This document shows positions 1-12,994 of a stretch of DNA of 64,000 nt, in pieces. The notes beneath the pieces are model-generated. The model worked only from the letters and a program-made list of their open reading frames with translations, had not been told where the DNA came from and searched no databases. Position 1 is the first letter of the stretch; each line of letters opens with the position of its first letter. The translations under genes were made by a program, and so were the position numbers. This stretch comes from Eledone cirrhosa (taxonomy: Eukaryota): contig OZ024743.1 in NCBI GenBank assembly GCA_964016885.1, positions 260,400,001 through 260,464,000 of the forward strand. Direction: 5' to 3'.

Positions 1-953
1 ACCATCACCATCAGCATCACCACTCCTATCATCACCTTCACCACCATCACTATCACCATCACCATCACCACTCCTATCATCACCACCATCACCATCACCA
101 TCACCATCACCATCAGCACTCCTATCATCATCTTCACCACCATCACCATCACCACTCCTATCATCACCATCATCACCATCACCATCACCATCACCATCAG
201 CACTCCTATCATCATCTTCACCACCATCACCATCACCACTCCTATCATCACCACCATCACCATCACCATCACCATCACCATCACCACTCCTATCATCACC
301 ATCACCACCATCACCATCACCATCAGCATCACCACTCCTATCATCACCTTCACCACCATCACCATCACCATCACCACTCCTATCATCACCATCATCACCA
401 TCACCATCACCATCAGCATCACCACTCCTATCATCACCTTCACCACCATCACTATCACCATCACCATCACCACTCCTATCATCACCACCATCACCATCAC
501 CATCACCATCACCATCATCATCATCACCACCATCACCATCACCACCACTATCACCATCACCACTACTATCACCATCACCATCACCATCACTATCACCACC
601 ATCACCATAACCACCATCAACACCATCACCATCACCATAACCACCATCACCACCATCACCGCTATCATCACCACCATTAGCATCACTACCGCTATTTTCA
701 ACACCATCACCATCGCCACCATCACCATCATCACCATCACTACCATCACCATCATCACCATCACCACTACTATCACCATCACCACTACTATCACCATCAC
801 CATCATCACCACCATCACCATCATTACCATCACCACAGCTATCACCATCACCATCACCACTACTATCACCATCACAACTACTATCACCATCACCATCACC
901 CCCATCGCCACCATCACCATCATCACCATCACTACCATCACCATCATCCCCAC
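1..953. repeat. Degenerate (ACCATC)n / (ACC,ATC) simple repeat, truncated by window start
   Basis: Continuous ACC/ATC triplets, with a recurring ACCACTCCTATCATC variant in the first ~490 bp. Confidence 0.95.
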
Positions 954-1039
954 CTTTTGTTCTTCCAGTCCATCCTTCCTTCCTTCCGTCTCTTCTTTGT
1001 CACGGCAGGTACAATGAAACACGTATTGAAACAAACGCC

Positions 1040-1562
1040 CACACATATAGTCTCACACACACACACGTATATATATACACACATACGCTCTCTCCGCCAC
1101 TACATATACGCGCGCGCTCATATTGTCACATATACACATTCAGGTACACATACATATATATACACAAACATACACAAACACACACATAAACACACACAAA
1201 CACAACCACAGACACAAACACACGCACAAACATACACACAGATAAAAAGACACACATATATACACAAATACAAACACACAGATAAACAGACAGGTACACA
1301 TACATATATATACACAAACATACACAAACACACACATAAACACACACTCAAACACAACCACAGACACAAACACACGCACAAACACATACACACAGATAAA
1401 ATGACACACATATATACACAAATACACAAATACATACACACAGATAAACAGACAGTTATATACATAAACACACATATACATACACTTACACACGTACTCA
1501 AACACAGCCAAACACTTACACACGAATATACACATACACACACAAACGTACACCCATACACA
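1040..1562. repeat. CA/TA-rich low-complexity tract with an internal ~150-bp tandem duplication
   Basis: caggtacacatacatatatatacacaaacatacacaaacacacacataaacacac occurs at 1141 and 1291. Confidence 0.85.
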
Positions 1563-1839
1563 TAGAAGCATGCACAGTCAAATACACATTTTCCTACATC
1601 CACCCAATTCCTTTTTAACCAATCACAAAACACACATGTTCAGATATAACTTGCTTCCAATTTTAGTTTTCGGTGTGACTGGGATTGGTACTGGTTTCGG
1701 GTGGGTAACTGAGCTGGGAACGAAGTGGGTGACTGAATGGGTATGTGCCGATGTAGGGTGGGTAACTGAGCCGGTAGCGATGAGGGTACTGTTATATTTT
1801 TTAGGAGAAACGGGTGATGGTTTAGTGGGGGGAGGGGGA

Positions 1840-2250
1840 TAAATGAGCCGGGAGCGAGGTGGGCGTCTGAAGACATGGATGTTGGTTTAGGGTAGATAAC
1901 TGAGCCGGAGGTAGGTGGGTTTCTGAAGAGACGGGTGCTGGTTTAGGGTAGATAACTGTACCGGGGGGGGGCTGTCTGAAGAGATGGGTGCTGGTTTAGG
2001 GTAAATATAACTGAGCCGGGGGGGGGGGGGGCTGTTTGAAGAGACGGGTGCTGGTTTAGGGTAGATATAACTGAGCCAGGGGCGGGGGCTGTCTGAAGAG
2101 ACGGGTGCTGGTTTAGGGTAGATAACTGTACCGGGGGGGGGGGGGGGCTGTCTGAAGAGACGGGTGCTGGTTTAGGGTAGATATAACTGAGCTGGGGGGT
2201 GGGGCTGTCTGAAGAGACGGGTGCTGGTTTAGGGTAGATAACTGAGTCGA
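1840..2250 (+). repeat. G-rich ~55-62 bp minisatellite (~7 units)
   Basis: Unit CTGAAGAGACGGGTGCTGGTTTAGGGTAGATA(TA)ACTGAGCC(G)nCTGT repeated with a variable G-run; degenerate units from ~1690. Confidence 0.9.
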
Positions 2251-2723
2251 GTGTCAGAAAAGGTGGGTGCTTGTCCTGGTTGGGTCACTGAGCTGGAAGT
2301 AGGGGTGGATGACTGATGGAGGTGGATGAGTGATGGGGTGGATGACTGATGCGGCTGGATGACTGATGCGGCTGGATGACTGATAGGATGAGTGACTGAA
2401 GCCGGAGGTGGGGTGTTGCTGCTTTCAATGATATAAATATGTAGATACAATTTTCATCTACCATTTCTGTTATTAAGATCTCCCCTGAAACCACACACAC
2501 ACACACACAGAAGTCACTCCACCTTTCACCTCCACACAATCATCTCTTCTCCTTTTCTATATGTATTTCAAATTACAAATTATACAGTAGAACGAGATAT
2601 TCTGTTGTGCTTTTTCAGTTCATTTCTTGATCACGTTATAATTTCATATATATTTTTTCAATGTACAACAAAGATGTCAACATACGCAGCTTCATATCTG
2701 CTTACACTCCTTAATCATGTCAC

Positions 2724-3573
2724 TTTCTGAGTTCAAATCCCGCCGAGGTTAACTTTGCCTTTCATCCTTACGGGGTCGATAAAATAAAGTACCGGTCATG
2801 TACTGGTAATTGCTGGCCTTGTGCCAAAAGTAGAAACAATTATTATGGTGGATTGGCAGTATCGGTTCAGGGTCGGACGCCATGCTTTGACGCATTGAGT
2901 TACGGCCCTTGCCATTCTGAGTTCAAATCCCGCCGAGGTTAACTTTGCCTTTCATCCTTACGGGGTCGATAAAATAAAGTACCAGTAATACACTGGGATA
3001 ATTGCTGGCCTTGTGCCAAAAGTAGAAACAATTATTATCAGAGTTGTGGATTGGCAGATTCGTTAATGTCGGAGAAAATGCTTTGCGGCATTTATTCGGG
3101 CTCTTTACGTCCTGAGTTCATATCTCGCCAAGGTCTATTTTGCCATTCATCCCCACGAGGTCTATAAAATACAGCACCAGTAATGCACTGTGGTCGATTT
3201 GATAAACTTCGCTTTCCCCAAACAATTGCTTGCCTTGTGCCTATAGTAGATATCATTATTATTATTATCAACAGTAGTAGTGGTTCAGTTGTTAAGAGCG
3301 GTCGGCTTTGAAACTTCCACTGTGAAGTTCATTCCCTATCTGGGATTGTAAAATTAATTTTAAGGGCGGTGGATTGGCAGTATCGATAGGGCGACGGACA
3401 ACATGCTTCGCAACATAGAGTTACGGCCTTTTACGTTCTGAGTTCAAATCCCGATGAAGTTAGCTTTGCCTTTCATCCCTACGGGGCCGATAAAATAAAG
3501 TACCAGTAATAAAGTACCCTCCCCCAAAATTGCTTGCTTTGTGTCTATAGTAGAAATCATTATTATTATTATT
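2724..3573 (+). mobile_element. Head-to-tail cluster of four tRNA-derived SINE copies (~2724-2845 truncated, 2846-3038, 3041-3268, 3363-3573)
   Basis: A-box TGGCAGTATCGG, B-box GAGTTCAAATCC, shared core GCCTTTCATCCTTACGGGGTCGATAAAATAAAGTACCAGT (resembles Nin/Deu-type central domain, from memory), 3' GCCTTGTGCC..AGTAGAAA and (ATT)n tail. Confidence 0.9.
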
Positions 3574-3943
3574 AGTAGTAGTAGTAGTAGTAGTATCATC
3601 ATCCCCATTATTAGGGTTGTGGATCGGCAAATACAAATACGCCCACACACACACACATGTCCACTCAAAATATACAAGGATTATTATGTCCTTTTCAAAA
3701 CCATTTTGATATTTAAGCTACACACTGACCAGCGTTCCCCCAAAACGGCTGACTGAACACACGTGCTTTTTCTCCCAAAATTTATTTTCCGTTCCATCCT
3801 CCTCTCTCTATTTTTCTATTCCTTGTTCTATTTACTGAACAAGTGGCCGAAATGTTAAGACTCTTTTCTTACTATATCAAGCGTTAAACTAATATATTTC
3901 TTAATTGTTCTATATAGTTTACATTGTTATCTCCGTTTACTTT

Positions 3944-3986
<43 letters not shown>

Positions 3987-3991
<5 letters not shown>

Positions 3992-4223
3992 CTGCTTCGT
4001 AGAATCGAGACGTATCCGAGGCCCGCGCGATTTCAGAGTCAGTTTTGATCACCACATCGATCGTGCTTCGAGCTGGTCGTCCGAGAAACAATTGTAATAT
4101 GTCCAATAAATTCCTTTCGTCGCAACAGTGATTCTCTTTTTTCTGTGATATCATACTCTGCTCTATGAGGACATCGAGTGCTCATACGGCCTACTGCATA
4201 CGGACGCTTTATGCATCCAACAC

Positions 4224-4226
<3 letters not shown>
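3987..4226 (+). mobile_element. ~240-bp CpG-rich insert between two (TA)n tracts, probable Penelope-like terminal fragment
   Basis: Bounded by (TA)n on both sides; contains GAAA-CAATTG-TA followed by AATAAA, like the 3' half of a minimal hammerhead. Confidence 0.4.
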
Positions 4227-4304
<78 letters not shown>

Positions 4305-4344
4305 AAATGTGTGAAATCCTTGGTACAGTTAGGTATATTTTAAA

Positions 4345-4559
4345 ACTTGTAGTTCTAAACAATTTGATTTAATTTTATAATATAATTTTACAATTTAGTT
4401 TTGTATATCTAGTAAGTTCTTTGTTAACTTCGGTGGGAAGATTTTTAAGGATTCCTTAAAAATCTTCCCACCGAAGTTAACAAAGAACTTACTAGATATA
4501 CAAAACTAAATTGTAAAATTATAATATTATAAAATTAAATCAAATTTAGAACTACAAGT
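4345..4559. repeat. Near-perfect palindrome (foldback), ~107-bp arms, 1-nt spacer at 4452
   Basis: ...cttcggtgggaagatttttaagga-t-tccttaaaaatcttcccaccgaag...; arms pair out to acttgtag/ctacaagt with small indels; between (TA)n tracts. Confidence 0.95.
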
Positions 4560-4574
4560 GAAGTCATTCTTTTC

Positions 4575-4697
<123 letters not shown>

Positions 4698-4770
4698 CAT
4701 ATATATGTATATATGTATATATATCTATATATCTCTCTCTCTATATATATATATACATTCATATACATTT

Positions 4771-4813
<43 letters not shown>

Positions 4814-5171
4814 AACACATACACAAACATACATATGCACACACCACACATATATATATATATATATATTTATATGTATATAAACAAATAAATTTATATA
4901 TACATACATACACACACGCACACATATATATATATAATATATGCATCACTTAGTTATATGTATACATCACTTAGGTATATTCCCTCTTTCTCCCTATATA
5001 TTTAAAGAACCTTTGCTCGTATCATATATTCATTTTTTTTTTTATTGTGAAGGGGTGGTGCATTCATAACAACTAACCTAGTAATTTCCCGTTGAGATGA
5101 ATCAGAGTTATCTCCCTGTACATAATTTCAAATTCGTTTCCCTCATCTTATACTGAGAGCGATACAGTTAG

Positions 5172-5494
5172 CAGTGCTTCCTAAAACAATGCGTCGCGGC
5201 ACTCTAGTTTTTTTATGAGATGTAGCTATATGTGCCGCGAAAGTAATGAATTTATACATTTTTTTTATGTTAAAAATAAAAACTGAAATTCTAAATATAA
5301 AAACGTGATAACTTAAATTTCATTTACTGAATAAAGAAGTATTTAATAATTTCTTCTAAAATTTAAATTATTTATATTTAAACGCTAGGTTATATACGTT
5401 TTCCACTACGCATTTTTGCATTTATGTTTTACTATATTTTTATTCGCTCTAATGTGTGCCACGAATAAAAATAAAATAACCTTTTGGTACATTG
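5172..5494 (+). mobile_element. Degenerate non-autonomous hAT (Charlie-like) element
   Basis: 5' end CAGTGCTTCCTAAA, repeated subterminal TGTGCCGCG/TGTGCCACG motifs, decayed 3' end ttttggtacattg; no clear TSD. Confidence 0.45.
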
Positions 5495-5634
5495 TAATAA
5501 AGGACTAGAAGATAGCAGACAGACTTTAACATTACCCAATCAGTTAGTAAAAGACACATGTAGGGAGAGAATATAGAGACATATTGCTGGAATATATACA
5601 GGAGTGTATATGTAGGCCGCCAAATGACACATGG

Positions 5635-5719
5635 ATACATACATACATAGATACATACATACATACATAGATACATACATACATACATACATACATACAT
5701 ACATACATACATACATACA

Positions 5720-5748
<29 letters not shown>
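5635..5748. repeat. (TACA)n microsatellite
   Basis: Direct reading. Confidence 0.95.
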
Positions 5749-5750
<2 letters not shown>

Positions 5751-5954
5751 GCTATAAATTCCTTAGAAATCCTTTGAGAAAGAAAGCTCCACTATTGAGA
5801 ATATACCAATAATACAACACAACTGCCGCTTTCTTATCTTATTTATTAGTAAGTAGCGTTAATAATACTATATATCATGGAGTCAACTCTCTCTATATAC
5901 ATACACAAATATATATACATATATACATATACACTTACACACACACACACACAG

Positions 5955-6011
<57 letters not shown>

Positions 6012-6015
<4 letters not shown>

Positions 6016-6182
6016 AACAAGTATGACCCCGACGGCAGAGCTCAAGCCGTTTCGACGGCTATTTCTGGAGTCCAGAAATAGCCGTCGAGGTCATACTTGT
6101 TCCTATTACCCACTCAACTACCCTAAGTATTGAGTACTTTGGTGCGTTATGGTCCATCTGGTTCCTTACCACAATTCCTTCG

Positions 6183-6184
<2 letters not shown>
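6012..6184 (+). mobile_element. (TA)n-inserted hairpin element, copy 1 (one arm carries an internal deletion)
   Basis: Reverse complement closely matches 20601-20793; hairpin taggaacaagtatgacc...ggtcatacttgttccta; (TA)n on both flanks. Confidence 0.85.
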
Positions 6185-6257
<73 letters not shown>

Positions 6258-7116
6258 CGTATATAAATATATATATATATATATATATACGTATATAAAT
6301 AAATATATATATATATATATATATATACACTCACACACACGCATATATATGTATATATATATATATATACATACATACATTCATACATATATAAACACAT
6401 ATATACATATATACATATATACATACATACTTACTTACTACGTACATACATACATACACATATAGGTGTGTGTATGTGTTGATGTGTATATGTGTTAAAT
6501 ATTTTTTTTTTCCTTACAATTTGTCATAATATAGAGTATGGCGTGCATTCATGCTTCAAAATGTAAATGAACTTGCAGCTGGGTGTATGGAGCAACAATA
6601 GTAAAATGTTAAACTGAACAATACCATAAGGCAGAGTAGTAATTCAATGTAGACAAAATGAAATATATCTCGAAACATAAGTAGAGAAAATTTGGTAATG
6701 AAAGAGAGAATAAACAAGGAAAATAATGTGTAATAGTAGTCAAACTCGTATGTTGATCGATTTCTGTCTATCCATGTTCACTGTATTCTGTCAAAAATAC
6801 AAGGAGAATCTAAATCTGATATATTTCTGTTTAAAGTAAGAATAAGGTTATTGTAAGGTTAAGTCTCTTCGGTGTAAATGTAATGCTTTGCTTCTTTGTT
6901 CTACATACTGTTGCTATTTCTATTAGATGTGTGTGTGTGTGTGTGCATTGTCTGAGACGATGACCGATGGAAAACTAATCCATCATTTCAGCCTACAGAC
7001 ACTGGGCTGTTTTGTTTTTGATATGTTTATATTCTACTCTGTTAAAATGAAACACATAAAATAAAACAAGGATAGAGTGATAATAATTGTTTTTATTTTT
7101 TATTATTAGTAAGTTG

Positions 7117-7156
<40 letters not shown>

Positions 7157-8149
7157 GTTTTGTTTCCACAAATCTATTGTTTCATCGGTGGCGTTAAATT
7201 TGGAAATGTGTTTTTATAAGAGAGAATTCATAATATAACATTTAAGTATTTCAAAAGAATATTAGCGTCAGAAAAGAAATGTACTAGGTTCAACCGAGAA
7301 ATGAAACCGTGTCGCCGTTATCACTTCATGCGACACTACCTCTATTCTACCGTACAAACCATGCTATACAGAATTATATAAGAAATAGCCTCAAAGTTGA
7401 CGACAATAAAGTCAAATGTGATTTTTCAACAAAGATCTGTAACTAATTTGTACAAATCCTCTCATTTCAAATTTAAATAGAATTAATAATTAACATATTA
7501 TTTTACATAATCCTGAAAGTGAAAACAAAACTAAAATTTTGAATGAATATTTAAATCTAACGAAATAAATTTGTTCACTCAATGTAAAATGAAAAATCAA
7601 AACGAACATATTGTCATAGGAAGAGAAGGAAAACGACAAAAAATATTTCACGACCGCCTTATTCATAATTCTATGTAATAATAATCAACCGTAATAAAAT
7701 TAGTAATAACACTAACAGTAGCCAAATCACCAAACGATACTAAATAATTGATTATAATTCTTACAAGTCTTGAGTATGAACTGCGCAAAGTAGACTGGTT
7801 TAATGGGAGAAGTAGTTGACGACAGGCACAATTCCCTTGTCAATAAGAATGATTAATTGCTTTAGAAATTTGCTTTTTATATAATTCATCATTAGTATAT
7901 TAGGAACAAAGGAAAATTGTTTACTAACCCATAGACTGTATACTTTTTCTTTTACTCCACTTCACAATGTTCTTTCTCCATCTCGGGAGAGATTTCGCCT
8001 TGGCGATGTACAAAGCAACGCAATATAATTAAGCATTTAGTTGCTTCATCTCGTCATTAAAATTAATATAAATTCATGATTATTAAATAGTTAAGTTTTT
8101 CATTACAGTAAAATCTATTGCGATAATATTTGAATCGATATTCACTATT

Positions 8150-8620
8150 GTACAAGCACAATATTCCGCTGAAGCGCTGTGCAACAAAAGCGATTCTCCG
8201 TGGCTATTATCCGCCTCTGTCGCATAATGGAACAAGCTCCAGTGTCGCAAGAGGGCGCTGAATACGAGAAAGTTTTGCTCTGCGTAAAAAAGCGCGCAGT
8301 TTGATTTGTGGAAAAAATCTAGAACTTCTGGCGCGTTTTTCTCGCGCTATTATTGAATATTTATCGCCGGGTAAACGCAATTGAAATACACAGAGGCTTA
8401 AAAATAGTTATAAGAATATAAAAGAATATGTCAAAAGAAAATAAAAGAATATGTTAAACAAATTAGTTTCATTAAAGGAAAGAAGAAAAAGCCAGTAGGA
8501 AAAATAGCTTTCTATAAAGCGCAACTCCCACAGTGCGGCGAGGGGAGTTTTCTTTTTGTTTTTATTTTCCTTTTTTTTCTAACTTTCACTGACGTGAGAG
8601 ATCTGAGCAACAAAGACGAA
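8150..8620. promoter_or_regulatory. CpG-enriched candidate promoter/insulator island
   Basis: Local excess of CG/GCGC; CTCF-like TCGCAAGAGGGCGC at 8245-8258; E2F-like TGGCGCG/TCTCGCGC; Staf/ZNF143-like CTCCCACAGTGC near 8526; TGACGT at ~8590; no TE signature. Confidence 0.4.
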
Positions 8621-10769
8621 CTCAAAGTAGCTGGTCATCTGGATATTTTTCTGAAGACTGCTGTGTAAAGGTTGCAGAAAATTATGTTTAATTATAGGGA
8701 TAGCAACCATCATCAAGTGAACACGGAAACAGCTGCAGAGTACGACCAAAACATGGCCCACTCACTGGGGTTTTTTTTCACCCGAAACGCTTTCTTTCTC
8801 TTAGTCTAATTTTTTTCATTTTTTTACCTTTTCATTTCTCTTTTTTCTTTCTTCTTGTTTTTTTCTTTTTTTGCCCTGAAATCTATAGGTCGCTCTTTTA
8901 TATTGGCTGTGTTTCATATGAATGGTTTATAACATTATGATAGAACAATATTTCCAAGACATTATTTCTTTTCATGCATCGATTCAACGCAGCTGTCTTT
9001 CAGAAAGAAACTCTTTTGGTCAATTGACGAGCTTATAAGCGGACAGAATCTTTATTAAGCCCACGTTCTGTTGTGTAGTTGTGGCAAGAAAGTTTGCAGC
9101 TGCCAGTGTGAAAGAAACCGTTGAATATAGATAAATAATCCCTAGCCAAGCTTATAATGAACAAACTGTGACAGAAGGCAGTAAAGAAAATTAGTTAAGG
9201 ACATCTGAATAACAATGTGTGGTCGCGTGTGGATATAAGGCCCTCAACAACATGATCAGTAAGCAGACGTCTCCACGAGACCTTAATTACAAGTGTTACA
9301 CAACATTGTGATGCAAAATACTCGATTATGTCCGACTCTTTTGTTGGAAGCCAAACGAAGAGTGCACACTCACCAACTGAGGCATGTTTCGCTCGTTTCT
9401 GTTGTGAACGTGGGGCAGGTGGTTCTGTGTAGTAGCGGCCGTCCGTTCGTTCGTTCAAGCAGCATAGGACGCCACTAACAACCTCTTGCATGTTACATAT
9501 GGACGGAGCCAGCCAGCTAGACAGCCAGACAGCAAAAGACAGAAAAAAAAAACGAACAACTCATAAGCGAACGCGAAGTGGGGCACAGGGAAGGAGGGAG
9601 AGGAAGGAGAAGAAGAAGTAGAAGAAGAAAAAGAACGAGAAGAGGATGAGGAGAAGGAACCTCTCAAATAGCTCCTTCCTCTCATTAGGTCTAATCTGTC
9701 TTTATCACACATAATTTCTCACACTATATTCCACCTTTCGTTCTGCTTTTTCCCTCCACTCCTAAAACGTTTGCATAGCTCATCTTTCCTTATTATTTAC
9801 ATTTTTTAATTTTGCTCTAAAATCTACTTTAGGTTTTTGCCCCTTCAGTGTCTGCCCCCTACCCCTACACTTCATCAATGACAAATAGATTTTTCTCTTC
9901 TCGGTTTCTGCTTTTTTTCTTACCACTTTCTCACCCTCAATTTCCATTATTATCCACCAATTTCTTTATAGATTCATTTTCTAGTTCCATCCTCTTCCCT
10001 TCCGTTTCTTTCCAATTCTCTTTCTTTCCTTTATTTCTTCTCTTCCCCCTCCTATTATTCTTTTAGACTTTTTCACAAACTTTATTGTTTCTTAAGATTT
10101 CATTTTTTCCCCCATGTTTTTGTTTGTCTTTGCTATGAAAACCCCTTTGGACTTTCTTCTGTTAGATTAACGATACATCATACATCGAGTGGCAAGTTTA
10201 GTCCGCAGGCTACCCACCTTCTGCACAGCAACACATCTCTGGCGGGTGGGGGAACACCTGATGTGCAATAGAGCCTCATGAAAAATAGGAGGGGGGAGAG
10301 AAAAATAATATGGGAAAGAAAGAAAGTGATGAGTAAAGAGGGAAAGAGAATGAGAAAGAGAAAAAGAGAGATAAAATATATAGTTTTGATAAGAAAGAGA
10401 AATTGTGTGTAAGGGGTGTGTTTGTATGGATGCATGTCTGTTTGTGAGTCTAGGGTGGTGTGTCAGTTGTTGATGTGGCTATTCTGGAGGAGTGAGAGGC
10501 TGGCTGGTTGGGTAGGCTGGTTGGTGGGTAGGTGTTCACCTAGGTAAGTTGTCTGGGTGGCTGGGTGGGAAGTGAGAATAATGAGAAGGTGGAAACAGAA
10601 GACTAAAAGAGGGGGAGAGAACCTCAATAAATTGTTATGATGAAGAATAAAACAAAATAAAATGGAATAAAATAAAATAACAACCGAGTTCAAAAGTGTT
10701 AGAGTGTGTGTATATGTGTGTGGAGAGAGAGGGGTGTGTATGTGTGTGTGTGTGTGTGTGAGTGTGTGA

Positions 10770-10860
<91 letters not shown>

Positions 10861-11018
10861 TGTCTGTGTGTGTGTGAAGAGAGAGGGTTGATGTAGGTGT
10901 TAGGTCTGTTTGAGGGGTGTGGTGGAATAAAATAAAAACAGAAGGAAATACTTCCCACCTTTCTCTTCCTCTTCCTCTTCCTTGCCTGTTTGGTTTGGGG
11001 AAATAAGTTTGTTCTACA

Positions 11019-11098
<80 letters not shown>

Positions 11099-11444
11099 CA
11101 CATACGTATCCACTTACAACATACAGACTATCAAACAGAAACATATACTCACGTACACACAGTTCTATCATTTATGAAAGTACTCACGTACAGAGATATC
11201 TTTCCTTCTTTCTTTCTTTTTCTTTCTATTTCGAGTGCAGGACACAAAGAGGAGAACAGAGAAAGTTCTGCAAATGTTACTTAAGATTTTTAAACAAAGA
11301 GGGTCGCCCCCCAGTTTCACTTTAAAAAGCTACCCTGTCAACATGTGAAACTTTTTCTATTGCCCCTTCTGTCTTGTTTTCCACACATTATTCCATGAGG
11401 TTTTCTTTCATTCCCATTGTGCCAACTTGCTTCCATCCATATAA

Positions 11445-11497
<53 letters not shown>

Positions 11498-12957
11498 CAT
11501 ATATGTATGTATGTATATATATATATAAACCATTCCTACTTTACAGTAAATATGAATATTTTGTTTCAATTTATTTGATAGGTTGTTTTTTTTTATTTCA
11601 TTATCTTTTACTTCGATGTGTGTATGGGGGGATTAATTTTGTAAGTTCACAAGTTTCTTTATGTATTTAAGGTTAACAATTACTTGCATCAACCACACAC
11701 ACAAACACACACACATACACACACAAACACACAAACACACCCCACGCAAATGTCTTTCTATTTTTCTTATTCTTTATTTATCTTTTTCATGTGTTTTTTT
11801 TATGAAATATTGATTACATTACAAAGTAGAGAAACCTGGCACGTGATATACACAAAGTTTTCCAAATTAAGTGAGAAATGAGTTTCACAAATTAAGCCAT
11901 AGAAACAGCTTTCATCTGCAGATATATATGCTAATTCTCAACACTTTAAAACTATTACTAACTATTTCTATAGATCTCATCTACTACGTACGTTTTCTTT
12001 TCCTCTTCTTCACTTTATTCCTTTGATTAAATACAATACCAAATGAATAGAAGAGAACTTTGAAAGCTTATAACAAAGAAGGCACATTTTATCCAACATA
12101 AAAAGCCTAAACTTTACATTTCAAAATGTTTCATTAGTAACATTTAATTTTATTACCATCATTCCAGGTGCTTTGACAATGTTAGTATATATATATAAAT
12201 ATATATATATATATTTGTCGAATCATCGAAGAAAAGAGAGTTGAATGTTAACTTGTGCCTTTTACAAATGGACAACGATTAACAGTTTAAAGAATGAATC
12301 AAATTTGTTTTAGTTTTAGTTAAATGGATATTCATTAACAGTGTTTATATTTTTAAATAAAAAGTGTTAAGCTCTAAGGAATTATTACTTACTATTCTGT
12401 AAAAAAAGTTTCTCACATAAATTTATTTTATTCCATCAACTCATGCTTCTAAATATTAGATTTTAAATCAACGAAAAAGTTTCTTGTAAAACTTATTTTA
12501 TTCACAACTTATTTATTAGTTTTTGAAAAGTATTCTAAGTTGTTCTGCATACACAATACTTTAATGCCGAGGTGCCTACAACTCTTAACAGAATAGTTAA
12601 GTCATTAACTACTTCTTTCATAAATGTATATTACGTTTATTTGTTAGAAAGTTATTTATGAAACGGAAAAAAAAAGGGAAAAGTAATTTATTTTTGTCTT
12701 CATTTATCCACGTTAAAAAAGATATTGGATCATCAAGTAATTTTATTTTGCTAGTTTTAATTCCAACTTAATGAAACTAAGAAAAATAGGCAGTGTTAGA
12801 GTAACTTATTTATATAATATAGTGATAGACAAAGAGAGAGGGTGTGTGGGAAGTTATAGTCTTTGTTAACAAAAAAAAAATAAACGCCTTCTAATCACTA
12901 CTCTTAATAAAACTGTAGATCGAAAATTAATGGTTTATGTATACACGTGTCTCTCTG

Positions 12958-12994
<37 letters not shown>

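Noticed and set aside
1-953. His-rich or Thr/Ile mucin-like coding repeat
   Set aside because: Open frames are expected in ACC/ATC repeats; no start, splice or domain support within the window
1880-2240. Telomeric array
   Set aside because: Only one TTAGGG per ~58-bp unit, not tandem
1860-2250. CTGAAGA in each minisatellite unit as a tandem hammerhead array
   Set aside because: No downstream GAAA and no stem II/stem I pairing
2846-3460. tRNA genes
   Set aside because: A/B boxes belong to SINE heads with extended spacing and shared downstream core and tail
8585-9432. Short protein-looking frames (FTDVRDLSNKDELKVAGHLDIFLKTAV*, MSDSFVGSQTKSAHSPTEACFARFCCERGAGGSV*)
   Set aside because: Short, no recognisable homology and no convincing splice pairs
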